Assembly (NCBI GenBank): GCA_001822065.1
Contig: MHPJ01000001.1
Location: 6,870 to 70,869 of the forward strand
From: Candidatus Staskawiczbacteria bacterium RIFOXYB1_FULL_37_44
Lineage (GTDB): Bacteria > Patescibacteriota > Minisyncoccia > Minisyncoccales > Staskawiczbacteraceae
DNA: 64,000 nucleotides
Direction: 5' to 3'
Part shown: in pieces, positions 16,160-24,432 of the stretch
Position numbering within the stretch: the first letter of the stretch is position 1
How the letters are laid out: the number at the start of each line of letters is the position of its first letter
Translations under genes and position numbers: made by a program
Notes under the pieces: generated by a model
Told to the model about the DNA's origin: nothing
The model's input: only the letters and a program-made list of their open reading frames with translations
The model's database searches: none

Positions 16160-16672
16160 ATGGAAGATAAAGAAGATAAAATTGTTAAGCTGACAAACGC
16201 GGTTTATAATTTACTGGAATTTTTTCCCCAAGATCCATTAAAAATAAAGATAAAAGATAAGGCTTTGGCAATTTTGGAAAACCCAAATTTTAAAGATGTT
16301 GATATTATTTTGAATTATTTGAAAATTGCAAAATTTCAAGGCTGGCTGAATTCGGTAAATTATTTAATTATTGTTGGAGAGTATGAAAAACTGGCGGTGG
16401 GGCTTCGTCATTGCGAGGAGCGTAGCGACGAAGCAATCCAGAGTGTTAGACTCGCTCGCAATGACGGGGACAAACTTACTCCAAGGCAAACCAAAATTCT
16501 GGAATTTTTAAGAAAAAATAAAAAAGCGCAGGTTATGGACTTACAGGTGGTTTTGCCAAACATCACAAAAAGGACAATAAGGCGGGATTTAGATGAACTT
16601 TTGAAGATAGGACAAATTGAGAGAGATGGGACATTTAATCAAATTGTTTACAAGATTAAGGTGTCCTATTGA
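16160..16672 (+). CDS. Protein with C-terminal DeoR-type wHTH
   Basis: RQTKILEFL...ITKRTIRRDLDEL. Confidence 0.7.
   Translation: MEDKEDKIVKLTNAVYNLLEFFPQDPLKIKIKDKALAILENPNFKDVDIILNYLKIAKFQGWLNSVNYLIIVGEYEKLAVGLRHCEERSDEAIQSVRLARNDGDKLTPRQTKILEFLRKNKKAQVMDLQVVLPNITKRTIRRDLDELLKIGQIERDGTFNQIVYKIKVSY
16406..16466. repeat. Paired GATTGCTTC...CTCGCAATGAC element in-frame in the DeoR-like gene
   Basis: cgtcattgcgag...ctcgcaatgacg terminal IR; encodes RHCEERSDEAIQSVRLARND. Confidence 0.85.
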
Positions 16673-16697
16673 CTTAATAACGTTTTTAGTATAAAAT
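16669..16697 (+). promoter_or_regulatory. Putative sigma70 promoter of the ECF sigma gene
   Basis: TTGACT-N17-TAAAAT. Confidence 0.55.
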
Positions 16698-16710
16698 ATA
16701 GAGATAAGCG

Positions 16711-17217
16711 ATGAGTAATTTGAACGAACAATTCGGCGAAATTTATGACCAGTATATTGAGAAAATATACCGTTTTGTTTACTTAAAGGTTAATTCCCAA
16801 GAAATAGCCGAGGATATTACTTCTAAAGTGTTTTTGAAGGGCTGGGAAGCGTTCCAGAGCCCTAAGGAAGAGATTAAAAATCAGGGTGCGTTTTTATACC
16901 AAATAGCCAGAAACGCTGTTGTAGACCATTATAGAGACAAAGGGAGGGCAAAGATGGTTGCAGTTGATGCCAGCTGGGAAATGGCTGACCCTGGGACAAG
17001 CGCTTATGATAAGGCTATTTTAAACGCAGATGTAAACATTGTTAAGGCAGGCATACAAAAGCTAAAAAAAGAACAGCAGGACATAATAATTTGGCATTAT
17101 TTGGAGGATATGCCAATACCGGAAATAGCTGAATTATTAGGCAAGCCGGCTGGCACAGTGCGAGTTATGCTTCACCGAGGTTTAAAAGACCTAAAAGACA
17201 TAGTTCAGGAGTCATAA
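16711..17217 (+). CDS. ECF RNA polymerase sigma factor
   Basis: AEDITSKVFLK..FLYQIARNAVVDHYR; EIAELLGKPAGTVRVMLHRG. Confidence 0.9.
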   Translation: MSNLNEQFGEIYDQYIEKIYRFVYLKVNSQEIAEDITSKVFLKGWEAFQSPKEEIKNQGAFLYQIARNAVVDHYRDKGRAKMVAVDASWEMADPGTSAYDKAILNADVNIVKAGIQKLKKEQQDIIIWHYLEDMPIPEIAELLGKPAGTVRVMLHRGLKDLKDIVQES

Positions 17218-17231
17218 TAACGCTCGGCAAC

Positions 17232-17304
17232 TGTCATCTCCGCGAAAGCGGAGATCCAGAGTAAGTGCATTTGACCATGGATTCCCGCTTTCGCGGGAAT
17301 GACA
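17232..17304. repeat. REPIN-like inverted pair (GTCAT-CCGCGAAAGCGG-ATCC family)
   Basis: tgtcatctccgcgaaagcggagatcca-N19-tggattcccgctttcgcgggaatgaca. Confidence 0.85.
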
Positions 17305-17312
17305 ACAAGAAT

Positions 17313-17338
17313 TGTAACAAATAGCGAGTTTGAGCGTC
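17313..17338 (+). promoter_or_regulatory. ECF-type promoter
   Basis: TGTAAC-N16-CGTC, canonical ECF AAC/CGT geometry, between the sigma gene and its partner. Confidence 0.65.
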
Positions 17339-17359
17339 ATACATATATACAGCACAAAT

Positions 17360-18025
17360 ATGACCGAAATAACAGAAAAACAACTTATTTATAAACTCCA
17401 TACTTTGAAAGAAATAAAACCCAGAAAAGAATGGGCTTCTTTGCTTAAATCGCAGATATTGGCGGAGAAAAAAGAAGTTGTTTTACATCAGGCAGGATTC
17501 ACGGATTTTATCAGTGCAGTCCTTCGCTTCGGCTCAGGACAAATTTTCTCCCGAAAATTTGCTTATTCTTTTGCGGCTGTATTAATTTTAATTGCCGGAG
17601 CATTTGGATTGGCAAGGTTATTGCCATCTGGAACAGCGCCTCAAAATTCAACAGCATCATTAACACAGCAAACCAGGACGCAATCTGAAGCAGAAAAAAA
17701 AGTTGTTGCAAATCTAAGCGAAAAAATAAAAGATTTAAAACAGGCTTTAATAGTTAATCCAAAGCAAGATTCGCAAACAGTAAAAGGAATTGCAGATAGT
17801 TTAAAAACATTGGCTGATTTATCTGGGAACGATTTGGATCAAGATGTAGAAGATTTGTATAGGACATTGGTATGGAGCCAGATTTACGATTTACAGCATT
17901 CAACTTTAACAGATAAAGGGAAAAAGGTATTGTCTAAAATAGAGGGTTTAACCGATCAGGAAAAGTATACGGAAGCATTAGAGGAAATTTTATTAATAAA
18001 CAAATCCGATACGTACATAAATTAA
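17360..18025 (+). CDS. Single-TM protein, putative anti-sigma factor
   Basis: Follows ECF sigma; LKEIKPRKEW N-terminus, one TM, helical C-terminus; ATG 17360 downstream of ECF promoter. Confidence 0.55.
   Translation: MTEITEKQLIYKLHTLKEIKPRKEWASLLKSQILAEKKEVVLHQAGFTDFISAVLRFGSGQIFSRKFAYSFAAVLILIAGAFGLARLLPSGTAPQNSTASLTQQTRTQSEAEKKVVANLSEKIKDLKQALIVNPKQDSQTVKGIADSLKTLADLSGNDLDQDVEDLYRTLVWSQIYDLQHSTLTDKGKKVLSKIEGLTDQEKYTEALEEILLINKSDTYIN
17521..17542 (+). repeat. CCTTCG-N-GCTCAGG element in-frame
   Basis: ccttcgcttcggctcaggacaa, encodes LRFGSGQ. Confidence 0.75.
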
Positions 18026-18120
18026 ACATTTGATAAATCGCTAATTCGTTGTTAGTACGTAAAACAATGAGTTAATAAGGTCGACCGATGATAAAGTAAA
18101 AAATAATAAAAATTAAATTT

Positions 18121-18175
18121 ACCCAGTTAAATAGCGCTTCGCGCTAAATTTGCGAAGCAAATTTATTTAACCGGG
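18121..18175. repeat. Branched palindromic element in 5' region of surface protein gene
   Basis: Outer stem ccc-a-gttaaat/atttaac-c-ggg enclosing agcgc-ttc-gcgct and aaatttgc-gaa-gcaaattt hairpins. Confidence 0.7.
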
Positions 18176-18193
18176 GAACAAAAACACAAAAAA

Positions 18194-20200
18194 ATGAGTA
18201 TAAAAAGAACAATTATTACAACCGTAGTCGCTTTGGCTTTGGTTGCAACAGTTGCTCCTGCCGCAGTCCAAGCTGACCAATTGTCAGATTTGATGGCTCA
18301 GATACAAGCTTTGCAAGCTCAATTACAGGCTTTGCAAGGAGGCGCTACACCGGTTCCAACTGGTATAGTTGCTTGTTCAGGAGTAACATTTACTAGAAAT
18401 TTAACAGTTGGCTCAACAGGACAAGATGTAAAATGCTTACAGGTCCTTTTGAACACCAACGGTTATACACTTGCAGCGACAGGAGCAGGTTCACCTGGAA
18501 TGGAAACATCTTACTTTGGTCCAGCGACCTTAGGAGCTGTAAAAGCATTTCAAGTAGCCAAAGGATGGACACCTGCAAATCAGGTTGGCCCATTAACAAG
18601 AGTCGCATTAAATGCTCTTATCTCAGGAACACCGACAACGGGTTTGCCAGCAGGTTGCACATCAACATCAGGATATAGCCCAACAACAGGCGTATCTTGC
18701 GCAACAGGTGCAACAACACCTGGGACAACAACACCTGGAGCAGTTGGATTTATCTCGGTAGCCACATTGGCTGCTTCACCAGCTGATAATGCAAACATTA
18801 CAGCAACATCAAATGTTCCTGTATACGGAATTAATGTTAAAGCAATTAATTCCGATATGGATGTTAATAGCGCCAAGATCGTATTGTATACAACAAAATC
18901 AAGCGCAGTTGAACATCCAGCGACATCAATGACAAATCTTTATGCCTATGATGGAAGCACATTGTTGGGCACATTTCCAATCAATACATCTACAGTCATA
19001 AAAGAAAGCAGCACTTATTACATGATTTTGTCAGGATTCCATTTCTTGGTTCCTGCCAATACCACAAAAGCGCTTACTTTCTCAGCCGATTTTGTTTCAG
19101 GATTGGAAACAGACAGAATATTGGAGATTGCCATGTATGATACAACTGCCATTGGAGCAACCGATGGTTCAGGTGTAAACAGAACATCTGGCTTGACACC
19201 AACATTGACATCTGGAAATCCTGCAGCAAACCAAAGAACACACACCATAAACTATGATGTAGTTGGAACCTCAACAGTGGTAGCAAGCATTGCCGGTTCT
19301 ACTCCAAAAGCAAGTTCTGTTAATGTTAACCACACAGATGGAGTATCAGATGTTCCAATGGCCGTGTTTAACTTCAAATCAACAACAGGAGCTTCTCAAA
19401 TAACCGATTTGGTTATTACAGCTCAAGGAAGCGATGTAGGAGTTGAACAGATTTCTGCTGTAAAATTGTACGACGGTTCAACATTGTTGGGCTCAATAAC
19501 ATTGTCCAGCGCAGTGTCCGGAGCAACAGCAACATTTAGCGACCTTACAATTGATGTTGCAAAAGATGCTACAAAGGTTTTGACTGCAAAAGCAGACATT
19601 GAGTCAGATGTTTTGAGCGATGGGAGTGAATACATAAAATTGGTTATAGCAAATCCAAGCACAGACGTTACTTTCAACAAGCCAAACTTGGCTGCAGCAC
19701 ATCCTACTGCAACATCAGCAGTTGCCGGAAACTTTATGTATTTGTATGATAACGTAGTTGCAACATGGTCACTTGTTAGCGCAACATCCTCATACACTTA
19801 CAACGCAACAACACCATCATCGTCATACACTTCAGGTAAAATTACCTTAAAAGTCCATTCAGATGGTGGAGACACTACAGAACCAGTTGCAGCCGACATA
19901 ACAGTCACTGCTTATGTAGATGGCGTGGCAAATGGCGCAGCAGTTTCTAAGACAATTACATTGACCCCAGACAATACCTCTGACCTCATTGCAAGCGGTG
20001 AGGATACCGAGGTAGTAATTGATGTTTCTGAGCCAAGAGGAGTAACCGCATCTTCAGGTTCTTACTCTGGCACTGGCTTCGTTGACTTCAGAGTCACCAA
20101 CCTTGCTTGGGTAACAACAGATGGAACATATACATCCACTGAAACTGCTCAGACATGGGGATTGGATACATTTAAGACTCCAGCAGTAAACGCTCAGTAA
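18194..20200 (+). CDS. Large secreted Thr/Ser-rich surface (S-layer-like) protein with peptidoglycan-binding domain
   Basis: Signal peptide; FTRNLTVGSTGQDVKCLQ...YFGPAT..AVKAFQ..VGPLTR PG-binding pattern; beta-rich repeats; strong terminator. Confidence 0.75.
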   Translation: MSIKRTIITTVVALALVATVAPAAVQADQLSDLMAQIQALQAQLQALQGGATPVPTGIVACSGVTFTRNLTVGSTGQDVKCLQVLLNTNGYTLAATGAGSPGMETSYFGPATLGAVKAFQVAKGWTPANQVGPLTRVALNALISGTPTTGLPAGCTSTSGYSPTTGVSCATGATTPGTTTPGAVGFISVATLAASPADNANITATSNVPVYGINVKAINSDMDVNSAKIVLYTTKSSAVEHPATSMTNLYAYDGSTLLGTFPINTSTVIKESSTYYMILSGFHFLVPANTTKALTFSADFVSGLETDRILEIAMYDTTAIGATDGSGVNRTSGLTPTLTSGNPAANQRTHTINYDVVGTSTVVASIAGSTPKASSVNVNHTDGVSDVPMAVFNFKSTTGASQITDLVITAQGSDVGVEQISAVKLYDGSTLLGSITLSSAVSGATATFSDLTIDVAKDATKVLTAKADIESDVLSDGSEYIKLVIANPSTDVTFNKPNLAAAHPTATSAVAGNFMYLYDNVVATWSLVSATSSYTYNATTPSSSYTSGKITLKVHSDGGDTTEPVAADITVTAYVDGVANGAAVSKTITLTPDNTSDLIASGEDTEVVIDVSEPRGVTASSGSYSGTGFVDFRVTNLAWVTTDGTYTSTETAQTWGLDTFKTPAVNAQ

Positions 20201-20241
20201 TATTTGTTAGCCGCCTTCTTGTGAAAGGCAGACGAGCAAAG

Positions 20242-20269
20242 CAAAAAGCCACCGAAAGGTGGCTTTTTG
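20242..20269 (+). terminator. Intrinsic terminator
   Basis: caaaaagccacc-gaaa-ggtggctttttg. Confidence 0.9.
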
Positions 20270-20273
20270 TTGC

Positions 20274-20296
20274 TTGTTGAAGTCAGACTTCAACAA
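20274..20296. repeat. Palindrome C, upstream of RAYT
   Basis: ttgttgaagtc-a-gacttcaacaa. Confidence 0.92.
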
Positions 20297-20324
20297 ACTT
20301 TAAAAAGATGCTATTATAAAGATA

Positions 20325-21026
20325 ATGCGCAAAGAACCATATACAGTCGGCGATTTTATTCATGTGTATAATCGCGGAAATCGGAAACAACCAATAGTTC
20401 TTGATACAAAAGATCAGTGGCGCTTTCTTTTGATGCTCCGTTATTTTAACGATGAGCATTCTTCTTCAAATCCTCTGCGTTACCTGTTGAAGTCTGACTT
20501 CAACAGGGCTTTCGAGTGGCCGCCCGATTGGCCGGCGCACAAACCATTGGTCAATATTGTTTGTTTTACGCTTATGCCAAATCATTACCATTTAATTTTA
20601 GAAGAAATTTCAGAGGGGGGCATAACAAAATTTATGAGAAAATTTGGAACAGGAATGACAAATTATTTTAATACAAAACATAAAGAATCGGGCAGATTAT
20701 TTCAAGGGGCGTTTAAAGCAAAAAGAATTGATGCGGAGAATTATCTTTCTTATCTTACAGTATACATTCAAGTTAAAAATGTTTTTGAATTATATGCAGG
20801 CGGGATTAAAAAAGCAGTAAATAATTTTGACGATGCTTTTCGGTGGGCAGTTGAATATCCATATTCCAGTCTTGCCGATTATGCCGATAATCGAAATTCT
20901 CCAATTGTTGAAAAAAGTGTTGCAGGCGGCATGTTTTCTTCTGTTGGAGAGTATCGAAATTTTTCTAAACAGTGTATGCTGAATATGAATTTGCAGGATA
21001 AACTTGGCGATCTCGCATTTGAATAA
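20325..21026 (+). mobile_element. HUH/Y1 transposase, REP-associated tyrosine transposase (RAYT)-like
   Basis: HVYNRG, LMPNHYHLIL (HUH), GRLFQGAFK, YI, YPYSS motifs; flanked by palindromes. Confidence 0.88.
20483..20507. repeat. Palindrome C, copy inside the RAYT coding sequence
   Basis: cctgttgaagtc-t-gacttcaacagg, encodes LLKSDFNR. Confidence 0.9.
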
Positions 21027-21056
21027 GCTTGTTGAAGTCAGACTTCAACAAGCTTA
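21024..21056. repeat. Palindrome C, downstream copy spanning both convergent stop codons
   Basis: taagcttgttgaagtc-a-gacttcaacaagctta, perfect 16-1-16. Confidence 0.95.
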
Positions 21057-23366
21057 AAAACTTTTAATAAATTGTTCAATCTGGGGTTTTAGTTCGGGAT
21101 TTGTTTTAATTATTTCTTGAGCTAATTGTTTTGCCATTACATAGTTCCCCAATTCTTTGTGGCAAAGCATAATAGATGTTTTGTATTGCACTTCTCCCGG
21201 ATTTATTTCAGATAATTTTTGATAAAGAGGCAGCATTTCTTTGTAATTTTCAGTTTCCAAGTATGCTGCTACAAGCTGTCTTAACGCAATTTCACTATCT
21301 TCCACGGAATATCCATTCTCTTTTGCCTTTTCTGCAAATTCTTTTCCAGCTTTAATGTCTCCTAAATAAATATTAATTAATCCGGAAATCCAAAGACATT
21401 CACGGCTTTGGGGGAAGGTTTTTAGGCAATAGACCGATTCTTCTTTTGCTCTTTTCAAATCTTCTAAGGATACAGTAGCCATAAAAGAACTAAAAAGAAT
21501 TGTGGGGTTTCTTGGGCTTAATTTCAGGGCTTTATTGAAAGCGTCATTGGATTTGTTTATAAGCTCCGGATCGTTTTTTTCTTTTGCAATTGTTGCCAAA
21601 GATTCTCCCAAACGGAGCCAATTTTTGTAATCATATGGTTGGAGCTCAGTATTTTTTTGGGAAATTTCTGACACTTTTTTTGAAAGCTGGGCATTTTCAT
21701 CTGGATGTTTAATTATTCTGTTTATCAACATATTTAGGTATACAGAATTTGTGTAAGGAAGAAAAAAGGTATTTATTTTTGACTGTTTGTCTAAAATTTT
21801 GGAAGCGCCCTGCCAGTCGTTATATTCGTTTGCCAGCGTTTGGGCAATAATAATTTGTTTATTCATCTGCAAAGGAAAAAAGTTATATTGCCAAAGGAAT
21901 ATTATTAAAACCAGAAATAAAACGCAAAGAGCCGGAATTTTGATAAATTTTAATCTATTTGTTATTACTTCGCTCCTCCCGCCTTCGCCAAGGCTTCGGC
22001 GGGCATGCGCAATAACGTCGACTTGATTTGCATTTGCAGAGTAAATTAAATGTATAGAGTAGGCCGCCAAAAAGAAAAAAATAAGCATAATTGCAAAGCC
22101 GTCAATGGATGCCAAAGACGCTATAGAAAAAGCCAAAAGCCCTGCTTGCAGTCCGTTGGCAGCCGGGTATTGATGTTTAATTTTTTGCAGACCCCAAAAA
22201 AGAGAAAATAAAAAAACAAGATAAAAAATTAAAGCAAAAATTCCGGAATCAACTAAAATTTGTATCAAGTAATTATGCGCCCTGTCAAAATCTTTTAGGT
22301 CTTTCATTATGGGCAAAGTAGGGTCATAATGTTTGTTGAAGGCGACATAAAAGTTTTCCGGGCCGTATCCAAAAAATGGCCTTTCCAAAAAGGCTGATAT
22401 TGATATTTTCCATGCAGATGTTCTTGCCGGATCAGCTGAAAAACCACGCGTTAAGGATGTTATTCTTATTGTCGGTTCTTTTAATAAATTAGGCCATTTT
22501 CCATAAATTTGCGGGTGGCTGCTTAAAAAAAAGATAAAAATGAGAAGTACAATAGGTAAAATTATTGCGCCCGTTTTTATTTTTTTCATCTTTTTAGGAT
22601 TAAAAATTAAAAACCAAAAAATTCCAATCGAAAGTCCTAAAAAAGCGGCTCTGCCTTGCGCTATAAAAATAATTGAAAAGGAATAGAAAATAACCAAAAA
22701 TAAATAAAAATATTTTTTTATATTGCGTTTTTCTAAGATAAAGAAAGAAAACGCCACAAAGAACATGGGCAGAAGATAAAGAGAAAGTATTAATGAATTT
22801 CCTAGGGTTGAGCTTGGTCTTGTGTTTGTGTGAGTAAAAATATTATCTAAAACCCCGAATAGTTGGAAAATTGCCACCAATCCCACCAAAAATCCGATAA
22901 CCAGAGAAAAGTCAAGAAGTTTTTTCCAGTGTTCTTTTTTGACAATTGCCAAAGTTAAAAATAAAAAAAGAACGAAAAAAGTAAAATTTATAAAGCCCGC
23001 GCCTCTTTCGGGAGTTCCCCATAAGCTACGAGATACGTCGAGTGAAAGCAGTGTAGAAACGAAAACAATAAAGAAATAAGCCAAAAGCGAAATTATTGGT
23101 ATAAAAACCGCAGAGCGCGGGTTTAACGCCTCTTTCCAGCCCGAGGCTGGTCCGCCTTGGTCGGATATTTTTTTTAAGCTTATTTTTTCTTTAAACAAGT
23201 AAATAAAACCTAAAATAGCCAGTATCGATCTGAACGCAATTGCTTGCGTATATGATGGGGGTGTAAACCATGGCGGGATATTTAACGCCGGCAAGGCCAA
23301 CATTATAAAAAATCCGATTATATATATCAAATAAGAGATTTTATTATTTTCGTTGATTTTAGACAT
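21054..23366 (-). CDS. O-antigen ligase-family (Wzy_C) membrane protein with C-terminal TPRs
   Basis: About 12 TM; STLGN, RAAFLG, R...W......ERPFFGYGPENF, DRAHN; TPR-like tail. Confidence 0.85.
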   Translation of the reverse strand: MSKINENNKISYLIYIIGFFIMLALPALNIPPWFTPPSYTQAIAFRSILAILGFIYLFKEKISLKKISDQGGPASGWKEALNPRSAVFIPIISLLAYFFIVFVSTLLSLDVSRSLWGTPERGAGFINFTFFVLFLFLTLAIVKKEHWKKLLDFSLVIGFLVGLVAIFQLFGVLDNIFTHTNTRPSSTLGNSLILSLYLLPMFFVAFSFFILEKRNIKKYFYLFLVIFYSFSIIFIAQGRAAFLGLSIGIFWFLIFNPKKMKKIKTGAIILPIVLLIFIFFLSSHPQIYGKWPNLLKEPTIRITSLTRGFSADPARTSAWKISISAFLERPFFGYGPENFYVAFNKHYDPTLPIMKDLKDFDRAHNYLIQILVDSGIFALIFYLVFLFSLFWGLQKIKHQYPAANGLQAGLLAFSIASLASIDGFAIMLIFFFLAAYSIHLIYSANANQVDVIAHARRSLGEGGRSEVITNRLKFIKIPALCVLFLVLIIFLWQYNFFPLQMNKQIIIAQTLANEYNDWQGASKILDKQSKINTFFLPYTNSVYLNMLINRIIKHPDENAQLSKKVSEISQKNTELQPYDYKNWLRLGESLATIAKEKNDPELINKSNDAFNKALKLSPRNPTILFSSFMATVSLEDLKRAKEESVYCLKTFPQSRECLWISGLINIYLGDIKAGKEFAEKAKENGYSVEDSEIALRQLVAAYLETENYKEMLPLYQKLSEINPGEVQYKTSIMLCHKELGNYVMAKQLAQEIIKTNPELKPQIEQFIKSF
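21975..22008. repeat. GC-rich palindromic in-frame insert
   Basis: cccgcc-ttcgccaaggcttc-ggcggg; encodes HARRSLGEGGR on minus strand. Confidence 0.7.
23134..23165. repeat. Double-hairpin in-frame insert
   Basis: ccagcc-cga-ggctgg then tccg...cgga; encodes SDQGGPASGW on minus strand. Confidence 0.65.
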
Positions 23367-23369
23367 GGT

Positions 23370-24140
23370 TTATTTTATTTTTGGAATTGTTTGCAGAAAG
23401 AGTTTTTTAACATTTTCAGCATTTTTCCCGAATATTTTTAAAATTTCTTCCCATGTAACTGTCTCCTTTTCCATCCAGCTGTCATAATCTGTTGACATTG
23501 CCACTGCCGCATATTTGATGCCTGCTTCATTGGCAAGAATACATTCAGGAGCTATGGACATGTTAATTACATCAGCTCCCCAAATCCGAAACATTTTTGA
23601 CTCTGCGCGGGTTGAGAATCGAGGTCCTTCTATTGTTATCACTGTTCCTTTGTGGTGCAGTTTGAGTTGCAATTCTTTTGCGCTTGCAATTAAAATCTTC
23701 CGTAAATCCTCTGAAAAAGGGTCAGGCATGGCAGTATGCTTTGCATTTTTCGCTCCGCCAGAAAATTCCTCATAATAGGTTATTTTTCTATGTCTTGTAA
23801 AATCAATAAATTGATCTAGCGCAACAAGATCGCCTCGTTCTATTTCTTTTTTTAGGCTTCCGCAGGCAGTACTGGCAAGTATGCTTTTTACGCCAAGTTC
23901 TTTCAAGGCCATAATATTCGCTCTGAAATTGACTTGTGTTGGAGGAATGGTATGACGTCTGCCGTGTCTTGCCAAAAATACAACTTTTTTTCCATGTATT
24001 TCGCCAATTTTTAATGGAGAACTCGGTCGGCCGTATATAGTGTCTGCCTCAAAATCTTTTGCATTTTCTAAAATATCTGCATCATCAAGGCCAGAGCCTC
24101 CTATTATGCCAATTTCCGCAGAAAATTTTTGAATTTCCAT
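23370..24140 (-). CDS. mtnP: S-methyl-5'-thioadenosine phosphorylase
   Basis: IGIIGGSG, LARHG..H..PP..VNFRAN, EGPRFSTRAES, INMS, STDYD. Confidence 0.9.
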   Translation of the reverse strand: MEIQKFSAEIGIIGGSGLDDADILENAKDFEADTIYGRPSSPLKIGEIHGKKVVFLARHGRRHTIPPTQVNFRANIMALKELGVKSILASTACGSLKKEIERGDLVALDQFIDFTRHRKITYYEEFSGGAKNAKHTAMPDPFSEDLRKILIASAKELQLKLHHKGTVITIEGPRFSTRAESKMFRIWGADVINMSIAPECILANEAGIKYAAVAMSTDYDSWMEKETVTWEEILKIFGKNAENVKKLFLQTIPKIK

Positions 24141-24278
24141 TTTATTATTTGACCTTTTAATAAATTTCTTCCTTTAAGCTCCTTAACTATATCAACGGCA
24201 GCTTTCATTGTACCTCCAGTAGCTAAAACATCGTCAACCAGCAAGATTTTTTAGTTTAATTAGATTATTGTTTTCCAT
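24141..24278 (-). pseudogene. apt: Internally deleted adenine phosphoribosyltransferase remnant
   Basis: Minus strand reads ILLVDDVLATGGTMKAAVDIVKELKGRNLLKG (PRPP-binding motif); ATG at 24278 is out of frame. Confidence 0.72.
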
Positions 24279-24432
24279 ATTGGTTTATGATATAAATAAA
24301 AAAGTAAAAAAGCAACAACAAAAATGAAAAAAATGCCCAAATAGTAGATAAAAAAGAAGTTATAAAAAAATGGCGGCACAAAAATATTAGGCCGTTATGC
24401 ATTAGCTGTAATGATAGAAAAAGAAATAAATT

